Shown piece by piece: positions 54,421-64,000 of a DNA stretch of 64,000 nt; the stretch's first letter is position 1; every line of letters starts with the position of its first letter. The stretch spans positions 33,480,001 to 33,544,000 of the forward strand of contig OX597834.1 in assembly GCA_951406725.2 (NCBI GenBank), read 5' to 3'. Below the pieces are notes generated by a model. It had not been told where the DNA came from and made no database searches. It worked only from the letters and a program-made list of their open reading frames with translations. Source of the DNA: Octopus vulgaris. Lineage: Eukaryota. The position numbers and the translations under genes were made by a program.

Positions 54421-54937
54421 CTACATTATTTATATTATTTACAATTGATGGATATTTGTCTTCATCTTGTTTGTTGTTAACACAACGTTTCGGCTGATAT
54501 ACTCTCCAGCCTTCATCAGGTGTCTTGGGGAAATTTTGAACCTGGTTTCTCATTCCTAAGGTATTTTTCAAGTCACTGTGTGGAATCAAACTCGGAATTT
54601 TGGGGTTAGTAGCCCGTGCTCTTAACCACTACACCATATGCCGTGGGCATAGTGGTTAAGAATGTGGGCTACTAACCCCAAGATTCTGAGTTCAATTCCA
54701 GGCAGTTACCTGAATGATAATAATAATAATAATAACAAGAAGAAGAACAACAACAACAACAACAACAACAACGAAAAATACCTTAGGAATGAGAACCCAG
54801 GTTTGGAATTTCCCCAAGACACCCGATGAAGACGGGAGGGTATATCAGCCGAAACGTGTTAACAACAAACAAGATGACAAATTTCTGTTAAATGTAAATA
54901 ATGTACATAATTCCTCCTCTCTTAAATATAGAACTGT
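54421..54937. mobile_element. Head-to-head inverted pair of family H elements (tRNA-like head plus hammerhead)
   Basis: Left copy (-) 54421-54645 and right copy (+) 54645-54937, joined at atatgccgtgggcat. Each has tagtggttaag (A-box-like), gagttYRattcc (B-box-like), then aaaataccttaggaatgagaa..., a hammerhead motif and an AT-rich tail. Confidence 0.85.
54479..54524 (-). ncRNA. Minimal type-I hammerhead ribozyme motif
   Basis: - strand reads GACAC CUGAUGA A GGCUG GAGAGUAUAU CAGCC GAAA CGUU GUGUU: intact core, 5-bp stem I (one G-U), 5-bp stem II, palindromic AACGUU replacing stem III, GUU triplet. Confidence 0.75.
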
Positions 54938-55151
54938 AAGCAGATTCTCTTAATGCTATTGATATGTGGTGGTGGGGGGAGTAGAAAGGAAACTCCGACA
55001 GACCATTCCAAGTTGTGTTTACAACTCTTCAGGAAGACATATCTGGTCTCCTTTCCCAGTCAACAGCATACAATAAGCTGCTATATAAAGCAGTCATAAT
55101 TTAGATTATCCTCTGAAGCTGCATATTTGTGCTTTTTTTTGTTGTCTTTTT

Positions 55152-55398
55152 CATCATCATTTAGCGTCCGCTTTCCATGCTAGCATGGGTTGAACGGTTC
55201 AACTGGGCTCTGGGAAGCCAGAAGGCTGCACCAGGCCCAATCTGATCTGGCAATGTTTCTACGGCTGGATGCCCTTCCTAACACCAACCACTCCGTGAAT
55301 GTAGTGGGTGCTTTTTACGTGCCAGATGAGGCTGGCAAACGGCCACGGTCGGATGGTGCTTTTTACGTGCCACCAGCACGGGGGGCCAGGCGAGGCTA
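55152..55398 (-). mobile_element. RTE-type non-autonomous element
   Basis: Reverse complement of about 60750-61010. Confidence 0.8.
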
Positions 55399-55533
55399 AC
55401 CCCCTCCTTTCATTAGTTTTGCCATTTGTTCTTGTAATGTGCTCTTACCCACCCCTCCTGTGGTAAATAAAAGAAATAATTATTAGTATCATTATTATCA
55501 AGGTGTAGAGTGGTGAACTGGCAGAATTGTTAG

Positions 55534-55868
55534 TATGTATACTGTTTATGTCAGTCAGACTGGTGTCCCTCATCTTAATTGTTGCTTTCACTATGTTTCG
55601 GCTGTTGGGTACACTCTACTGTTCTTCAGGTGTCTTGTCTTGAGCTTGGTTGTTGAACTGGAATTCCAAACTGAACACTTTATTTGATCCATGGAGGTCC
55701 ACTGTTCACTCTGTGGATCAGATAATGGGTTAGGTTCGAAATTCCAATGCAACAACTGAGTTGAACACAAAGCACCTAAAGAAGGGTGGAATGTGCAACA
55801 ACCAAAACTTAGTGAAAGCAACAATCAAGATGAGGACACAAATTTGACTAACATAAATGGTATACATA
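55534..55868. mobile_element. Fold-back pair of an older H-related hammerhead element, inserted in a SINE B copy
   Basis: Arms of about 160 bp (tatgtatactgtttatgtcagtca...gatccatggag / ctctgtggatc...tgactaacataaatggtatacata). - strand arm has CUGAAGA...CAGCC GAAA at 55629-55596. SINE B head at about 55510-55535 and remainder at about 55880-56045. Confidence 0.7.
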
Positions 55869-56349
55869 TACAAAATACAAATTCTCAGCTCACAAATATG
55901 AAATTGTAGAATTTACCTTTCATCCCTTCAGGGTCAATAAATTAAGTACCAGTTGAGTACTGGAGTCGATGTAATCGACCAATTCCCCCACCTCCATCCC
56001 AAGTTTGAGGCCTTGTGCTTCCAGTAGAAAGGATTATTATTATTATTATTAGGGCTGAAGAACAAGATACATTAAAGTTCTGGGTAAATTTTTTTGTATT
56101 ATTTTATCCTGTCCCTTTATGTTCTGAGTTCAAGTCTTGCCTAGGTTCAACTTTGTTTTCTGACCTCATATTGTGATTAATATTTCCATCAGCCTGAAAG
56201 GGGCCTCTGCATGGTTACTTGATGATACTAGAAATATAAACCAAATTTCCCTCAAATCACTTACAAATCAGTAACTTAAAGGCTTACAAAGAATAAGTCC
56301 TGGGGTCAATTTGTGTATGTATGTATATATATATATATATATACACATG

Positions 56350-56380
<31 letters not shown>

Positions 56381-56652
56381 TTATGTATGTGTGTGTCTGT
56401 CTCCCCTCATCAATCACCATTTGACAATCAATGTTGGTGTGTTTGCATCCCCATAACTTAGCAGTTTAGCAAAAGAGACCAATAGAAAAAGTACTAGGCT
56501 TAAGAAGTACTGAGGCCAATTGATTTGACTAAAAATTCAAGGTGGTGCCCCAGCATGGCCGCAGTGTAAATGACTGAAACAAAGGAAAAGATAAGGATTA
56601 TGAATCTAGAGTTTGGAACCCTAAATGAACATGGAAGTCAATTTAGATCACT

Positions 56653-56809
56653 TTAACCCATTTGTTACCTTATCTCTGTCGGCAACTGCTTGCCTTTGAT
56701 CCAATCAATTTGGAAATGAAGAATTTAAGGAAATAGCATTGTCATTATGAATCAACTTTTTAATTTAGGTCACTTTAAAATAGGATGTTTGTTGTATGGA
56801 AAGGGTTAA
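56653..56809 (+). mobile_element. piggyBac-like MITE family P2 (internally deleted)
   Basis: TTAA-cccatttgttacc ... ggaaaggg-TTAA. Confidence 0.7.
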
Positions 56810-57171
56810 CTCAAGTACATAATCACTCTATTCAATTTATGACCTGCAACTAATGTGGGAACTAATTTTAATTTTTCTATTTCTTTATCTTTTCCTTCAC
56901 TTCTCTCTCATCTGCCATTTAAGTTCAATGAGGTGTGACATATAACAACAATGAAGTTATATCACATAACTAGGGTAATTTATAAATTCGTGACTTATGT
57001 ATATCGTGTCTACAATATGAGCTATGTTTTAGGCTTGTTTCTTTTGCTTCTCTCATTCATTCGACTGTGGCCATGCTGGGGCATTGCCTTGACTCCAGTG
57101 CTTATTCTTCTTATTCTACCAATCTTTTTTGTCAAGTGGTCGGTGTGTGTGACAAAAACACAGTCACACAC

Positions 57172-57222
<51 letters not shown>

Positions 57223-57564
57223 GGGAATGTTATTCCAAACTTACAGGGAAAAATTCAATTTAGTAATACTAAATCAAATTTAAAGATGTTAAACGATGAT
57301 GATAACTGAGGTATATTATATACCTCTATCTTGGGTAGATTATCTATCTGACTAATGTTTGTGTGTATGTATGTATGTGTTTGTCTTTGGATATTGAATA
57401 GCATTGAAGAGGACAAGCACAGTATTGGTTTGTTTATGTCCCCCATAACTTAGCAGTTTGGAAAAAAAAATTTCAAAGAATAAATACCAAAAAGTGTTAA
57501 TACTTGCTATTATAAGTGTTGTTGTTGTTATAGTTGTTACTAGACTTATGATAAAGCAGTGAAA

Positions 57565-58805
57565 GGCAACAAGCTGGCAGAATTGTTAGCACACCGGGCG
57601 AAATGCTTAGCAGTATTTCACCCGTTTTTATGTTCTGAGTTCAAATTCTGCCAAGGTTGACTTAACCTTTCATCTTTGAAGGGTGGATAAATTAAGTACC
57701 AATCAAGTACTGGGGTCGATGTGATCGACGTACCCATCTCCGCAGATTTCAGGCCTTGTACCTATAGTAGATACGATTATTATTTATAAAGCAGTGAGCT
57801 GGCAGAATCGTTATCTTGCTGGACAAAATGCTCAGCAACATTTCATCTGTCAGCTGGACATTGCCTTTCTTCTCTTTCAGTTAATCATTGAAGGTGGTGG
57901 GGTTTGTCAATATAATCGACTTACCCCCGAAATTGCTGACCTGGTGCCAAAATTCGAAACCATTACTATTAAGGCGGTGAGCTGCTAGAACCATTAGCTC
58001 ACAGGACAAGATGCTTGTCATTGTCATCATTATCATCCAAGGACAAGATGCTTAGCTGCATTTCATCTATCTTTGTTCTGAGTTCAAATTCTGTCAGGTT
58101 GACTTTTCATTTCATCCTTTCAGGGTCAATGAAATAATTACCAGTTAAGTACTCGCCAAAATTTGAGGCCTTGTTCCTTTAGTAGAAAGACTCTCTATAG
58201 TTATTGCTAGTTATTATTACATTTGTTATTATAGTTATTATTACATTTGTTACCGCTGCCTTAGTGAAGGTGAAGGTATTGTTTTCCGTTGTGTTTGTTT
58301 GTTTGTTTGTCCATGGGCAAGATATCTCAAGAACTGATGGATGGATTTGGGTGAAACTTTCAGAGATGTTTGGCCTCATGACTGGCATGAACTGATTAGA
58401 TTTTGGGATCAATCTGGTACCGGACAAGGATACTGGATTATTTTTCCAGATTTTTTTACTTAATTTTTTGAGAGTGGTCAGGTTCATTTTTAGTATTCTC
58501 GTTAGGGAGAGCAGTCAAGTTTATTTCAGATATTCTCATTTTAAAAATCATCTCTGGCTAATTGTTTAGAGGACGTTGATGTTGCCTTGCCAGATGTTTG
58601 CACTCTCTGAGTGCTCGTTACATTTATTGCTATAGTTGTTATTACATTTTATAAGTTAAGTTCAAATTCTGCAGAGGTTGACTTTGTCTTCCATCCTTTT
58701 AAGGGCCTATGAAATAAGTACCAATCAAGTACTGGTGGTGGTCAATGAAATCAACTAGCCCCCTATCCCAAAATTTCAGGCCTTTTGCCTGAAGTAGAAA
58801 AGATA
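57565..58805 (+). mobile_element. Head-to-tail array of about four SINE family B copies ending ~55 bp before the exon
   Basis: Heads at about 57565, 57790 and 57973, plus a headless unit at 58655-58805; all on the + strand. Confidence 0.75.
58250..58619 (+). mobile_element. Helentron-associated non-autonomous element (DINE-1/HINE-like)
   Basis: 5' ttaccgctgcctt..aaggt short inverted repeat, (GTTT)n tract, gatggatttgggtgaaacttt block, 3' subTIR-like ccttgccagatgt and hairpin gcactc-tct-gagtgc (58600-58614); TT-rich insertion site. Confidence 0.7.
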
Positions 58806-58861
58806 TCTGTCATTATAGTTTTTGTTATTTCTTCTTATGACTGTTGTTGCTGTCATTGCAG

Positions 58862-58984
58862 GTTTCCGAGGCAGCAGATGTGAAATCAACATTGATGACT
58901 GTCAGAACAACAAGTGTGCCAATGGCTCCACATGTGTCGATGGCACCAACAGCTACACTTGCCTCTGTCCACCAACATTTAAAG
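58862..58984 (+). CDS. Notch: Internal coding exon (123 nt, phase 1 to phase 1) of Notch: end of EGF6 plus calcium-binding EGF7
   Basis: Acceptor ttgcAG at 58860-58861; donor GTaatg at 58985. Encodes (G)[40 protein letters not shown](G). Has the cbEGF start NIDDC, Asp-hydroxylation consensus C-x-D-x4-Y-x-C and O-fucose consensus CANGSTC. Joins exon 3189-3322 in frame as ...[13 protein letters not shown]... Confidence 0.88.
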
Positions 58985-59074
58985 GTAATGTCTACTTTTT
59001 TATTTATTTTTCTAGTCTGAGTCTTGTTTTGTCAGTTGTCCTGTATCAGATTTGTAATTATAATCTACATGTGT

Positions 59075-59790
59075 ATGTTGTTAAGTTGCCCATTCATGTA
59101 GGAAACTGTGATTATACTTTCATACAGGTACCCCCATACGCATGCATATTGTGACTGTTACCCCCATATGCATGCATATTAAAAAGTGGAAAACTATGAC
59201 AGTAAGTTTCATGTTTGTATGTTTAAGGAACCTTTTCATGTAGGAAGCTGTATCTAATCTCCATGTGTATGTAGTTGAGGCGCCTTCATGTGGAAAGCTG
59301 TGACTATGACCTGTGTGTGTGTGTGTGTTATCAAGAAGCCCTGTCATGTGGGAAGCTTTGACTAACTGCTATGTATTTATGCTATTATGGAATCCCCATG
59401 TAGGATACCATGACTAAGCTTCGTATGTGTATTGTTAAGGAGTCTTTTCATGCAGGGAAGTTGGGACTAACCTTTATGTGTACATTGAGCCCTCAAATAT
59501 AGGAAACTGTGATTGTAATCTCCATGTATATGTTTTTAAATGGGCTTCACAAAGGGAAGCTTTGACAATAATCTCCATGTGTATGTTGAGGAGTTCTCAT
59601 GTGGGAAGCTGTGACTATATCTTCCTCCCCTATGTGAATGTGTGTTGTTAAGGGAAACCATGACTAATCTCCATGTGTGTGTGTGTATGTTGTCAAAGAG
59701 CCCTGTCATGTGGGAAGATTTAACTGTAACCTCAATGTGTGTATGTATTGCTAAGGCATCATCTTGTGTATGTGTGTGAGAAGTTGTAAA
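59075..59790. repeat. Degenerate ~55-bp minisatellite carrying TGTGGGAA motifs
   Basis: Recurrent unit tcatgtgggaagctgtgactaatctccatgtgtatgttgttaaggagcc. Confidence 0.8.
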
Positions 59791-60304
59791 CATCTAATGT
59801 CTTATCTCAAACCAGTAAATATCTAGTTAAGTAGAATGGTTAAAACTTGTAAATGGACACCTCAACAGAATGGCTTTTAAAAGAAAAGCAATATAAGCAA
59901 ATAGATAAAAATTAAAACAAACAGAAAAAAGACAAAAGCAGAACACATTTGAATTTTCTTAAAAGTCTGTGTGAATCTAGATGCCTAGGAGACATGGGAA
60001 TGAATGAAAAAACACACAAAGAAACAATAAAACCTGACTAATCTGTGGGAATTGAACCAATGTTTGGTTTAACATTTATGGGGTGTAGTCTGGGTGTGTG
60101 GTTAAGAAGTTTCCTTTGCAATCTCATGATTTTGAGTTAGATTGATATCCTTTGTAAAGCATCTTAAGCAAGTTCCTTCTACCATTAGCCTTGGGTCAAC
60201 TCAATCTTTGTGAGGGGAATTGGCTTGATGGAAACTGTGTGAAAGTCCAATGCAGGGACTGTAATCATTGTTGGATGATAGTCTTAATCTGGCATTCTCT
60301 TACT

Positions 60305-60348
<44 letters not shown>

Positions 60349-60512
60349 ATGCGGATTAGTGATTAGGATGTTGTACTCATGATAATAAGATTGTGGTTTC
60401 AATTCCGGGACTGAGTGATGCATCCCATCCAGGTGGAGCATATACGCCACAGAATCTGGGAAACTGGCCTTATGAGCCTATGGTTCATGAAGGGCCACTT
60501 TTCATACACACG

Positions 60513-60557
<45 letters not shown>

Positions 60558-60659
60558 TGGCAGGGCAAGACTGCTAGGTACTCTGACTTCTCAGATTTTT
60601 TGTATGCTAGACTACTGGTTTTAAATTGATATTAAAATTAATATTAATTTATCTCCCTC

Positions 60660-60689
<30 letters not shown>

Positions 60690-60693
<4 letters not shown>

Positions 60694-61008
60694 ACTGTGT
60701 CGGTGGCACATAAAAACACCATCCGAGCGTGGCCGTCTGCCAGCCTCGTCTGGCACCTGTGTCGGTGGCACATAAAAAAACCATCCGAGCGTGGCCGTTC
60801 GCCAGCCTCGTCTGGCACCTGTGTCGGTGGTACATAAAATCACCCACTACACTCTCGGAGTGGTTGGCGTTAGGAAGGGCATCCAGCTGTAGAAACACTG
60901 CCAGATCTGACTGGCCTGGTGCAGCCTTCGGGCTCCCCAGACCCCAGTTGAACCGTCCAACCCATGCTAGCATGGAAAGCGGACGTTAAACGATGATGAT
61001 GATGATGA

Positions 61009-61010
<2 letters not shown>
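60690..61010 (+). mobile_element. RTE-type bipartite non-autonomous element with 62-bp internal tandem units
   Basis: Units start at 60697, 60759 and 60821, followed by ggttggcgttaggaagggcatccagctgtagaaa and the tail ccaacccatgctagcatggaaagcggacgttaaac(gat)n. RTE/Ceph-domain affinity is from recall. Confidence 0.75.
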
Positions 61011-61058
<48 letters not shown>

Positions 61059-61459
61059 ATTCATTCATTTGTTCATTTTCCTGTCTATTTCATTTTGCCC
61101 AGTGTGCTAACGATTCTGCCGCAGCTCACGCCTTAATATATAAAATGAAATATTAAAGACTAATGTCCTGGTAACATTGTAGTAACATTATCTACTCATG
61201 TTACAGTTGTGCAACAGTTTGTGCTACATTTGGAATTATGAGGGTGTTTTTTTGGTTTTTTTTTAAATACACTTTATGCCTACAACTTATGTGTATTATA
61301 TACATGACATCATAATCATATGTGCATAAATTAAGGCAGCTAGCTGGAAGAATAGCTAGCATGCCATTTCTGCCTGCGTAATACATTCCTGAGTTCAAAT
61401 TCCTCTGAGACCGACTTAGCCTTTCTTTTATCCTTTTGGGATCAGTTATTAGCAGATTA

Positions 61460-61940
61460 CGTGCTGATACGAGTGCTGCCAGTTGAAAGCTCCACTTACT
61501 AGACACTATAGGGTTTTATGGGGTCATCAGGACAGAATGTGCGCCTTTTGGTAAGAAGTACCAGCTGATAACTGGGTTAGATGTAGTCCCCTCCGTCGAT
61601 ACAAGGATCAGCTGAAGCAAAGCCCAAAACTGGTTCCAGTCTCTGGAATCGATCCATTGAAGGTCAGGACAGGCACGGCTGGCATCATACCATCTCCACT
61701 GTGACAGATCATTTTGAAGCTGAACGACAGAGGAAAGAGGAAGAGTAACAAGAAAGAAAATGGGGGCTGCAACGACCAAAGCCTCCACCACGGATCCCTT
61801 TGTGAACTTTGCAACTGATACTTCCATGCAAGAATCGGCCTCGTTAGTCATCAGAGTTATAAACACGGACAGAGGGGAAGAAGTGGTCAAGAAGAAACCA
61901 AATAAATCATCGGACACACGATAAAACGACGGCGACGAAC
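61460..61940 (+). mobile_element. Degenerate RTE-clade LINE 3' end with C2H2-like finger, inserted into a SINE B
   Basis: Frames read PLRRYKDQLKQS, QDRHGWHHTISTVTDHFEAERQRKEEE and CELCN*YFHARIGLVSHQSYKH. SINE B head at about 61333-61450 and tail at about 61945-61985. Confidence 0.75.
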
Positions 61941-64000
61941 TTCCACGTCCCAAATTTCAGGCCTAATGTTTATAGAAGGGATTCCATACAAAATTTTTTG
62001 TTTGTTACACTCACACATAAATCTGATGTGCAGCAAGAGTTATCTCCCTTGAACTTCCCTTGACTTCTTTCACAGCTTCTATCGAGTCGTGGTAGTTTTT
62101 AATAAACTCATGCCCGCCTTTTGTCTATCACGTTCTTCCCCTCGATACTTTTTATGTAGCACAAGCATTTACTTAAGTATATTCAGACATAGGTATATGA
62201 GTACATAGTTACATAAGTGCATTGATAGATATGTATGTATATCAACATGCATATAGGTATACACAGGTATTTTGGTTTGTGTGTGTACATAAATAGATAG
62301 GTAGGTGGGTTTGGTATGCATGGATTAATGTATGCAGATATGTAGGTAGGTAACAATGATGAAAATGACCATTACAATAGTTGACAGATCTTGACCATTT
62401 TGGTACCAGTCCTCGAGATGACCACCTCTAATGATCTAACATATGACGAAGCCTCTACTCTATATGATCTCTTGATTTGCAAGAGATAACAGCTAAATTT
62501 CCCGTAAATTATACCCCACCATCTTAGAAAAGAATACAGTGTATAAAGACAAGTGGGTTTGTTGCACATTAGTAAAAGGCAGGATTGTCATGGTAGGAAT
62601 GTCTTTAATCAAAGATCTTCTCTGTCAGAGCTGGCCTGTGGCTAAAACAACAACAACCCTTTGGTCTGTGACACAAAACTTCTTGTTTCAAGTGGTCGTA
62701 TCTAAATAAAAAAAATTCCCATCATTATTTTCTGCAAGAATAAGATGCAAGGCATGGCTTTGTGGTAAAAAGTTTACTTCCTGACCACATGGTTTCAGGT
62801 TCAGTCCCACTTGGTGACACTTTGGGTGTCTTCTACTATAGCCTTGGGTTGAGTAAAGACTTATGAGTGGATCTCTCTCTCTCTCTCCATATATAGTATG
62901 TATGTATATCCAAATTAAAGGAGCGGAACAGGTAAAATTCAGGCTACAAATGTTTCCTAGCTAGCAGATCCCCTGATGTATGTGGTTGTCTACTCCTTAT
63001 GCAGAGTCTAACCCCCTCTTGTAGTTACATCTTAGATCCATCAAGGTGTCCAATGTGGCTTTTTAAACCAGATAATGTTTTGAAAAAGACACCCACATAG
63101 AGTGCATATCTAATTTGGACCACCAAGAGCTGCAGCTAAGTTCTGATCTTTGTGGATCTTAAAATTACTCAATGAGGGATATTCAGCTAGCTACTCATTA
63201 GGCTGATCACTAACTGCTTAAAGCTTACAAACTCCTTACACTTAGATCCATGGATCTTACAATTACATTTCGATATATGTCTGTATATGTTCATGTTACT
63301 GTCTCTTTGCCTTGACATAACATGATAGTTGTAAATGAGTGTCACTGTTATGTGAGCAGTGTCATTCATTTTCAGTTTTCCATGAAAACATCTTTGGCCA
63401 TGGGGAAAAAAATTACCTTATTTGGAAACAGGTAAGGGTTGGCGACTGGAAGAAGCATGCTGCTCTTGAAAATCTGCTGCAACAAATTCCGTCTGACCCT
63501 TACAAATTTGGAAATGGGGACGATAAGACGATAATGATAATGATAAATTTTTAGTTATGGGCCAGACGTGTAAGTTATATTCTTCACTTACTGGTTCTAG
63601 TCTCTGATGCTAGATTGACTTCTGTATTAGGAAATAAAATGTAGTAGTGTAAGGGGAGATAATTCAATCAAGCCTTTAATACTGCTGGGTATTTCTGCTC
63701 TCACCCAATGTAGATGTACTTTGTGTGTGTGTGTATGCATGTTAATTAATGTTTTAACTTTGGTTATTACTTCCAATTATATGTTTGTGTGTCCGTGTTT
63801 GTCCCCCGCCCCTTCGTTTGACAACCAATGTTGATGCGTTTACATCTCCATAATTTAGGGGTTCGGCAAAAGAGATTGGTGTGTTTATGTTCTCGTAGCT
63901 TAGCAGTTCAGCAAAAGAGATCGATAGAGTAAGTACTAGGATTACAAAGAATAAGTCCTGGGGTCGATTTATTCGACTAATGGTGGTGCTCCAGCATGGC

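Noticed and set aside
54575-54712. tRNA genes (also the heads at 38460-38536 and 43273-43345)
   Set aside because: A/B boxes are present, but there is no proper acceptor stem or cloverleaf, and each runs into a repeat body; these are SINE heads.
60697-60845. CRISPR-like array (also 13290-13770 and 59075-59790)
   Set aside because: Eukaryotic intron; whole units repeat without unique spacers; no cas genes.

Overview
AT-rich, microsatellite- and repeat-dense animal genomic DNA. The repeat landscape resembles an octopus or other coleoid cephalopod; this is inference and was not checked against a database. The only host coding sequence is two + strand EGF-repeat exons, 3189-3322 and 58862-58984. 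They splice in frame across a 55,539-bp GT-AG intron and match Notch EGF5(end)-EGF6-EGF7. The rest is intron filled with tRNA-headed SINEs, RTE-type non-autonomous elements, CR1 and RTE LINE fragments, piggyBac-, hAT- and mariner-type MITEs, a Helitron, a Helentron-like element, minisatellites and simple repeats. The most notable observation is several repeat families carrying minimal (Penelope-type) hammerhead ribozyme motifs. One of them fuses a tRNA-like Pol III head to a hammerhead and recurs as fold-back inverted pairs around the same small hairpin. Intact catalytic cores lie antisense to Notch, while the sense copies carry core mutations. A minisatellite just downstream of the second exon concentrates CSL/Su(H) motifs. 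Almost all supplied ORFs are microsatellite artefacts.
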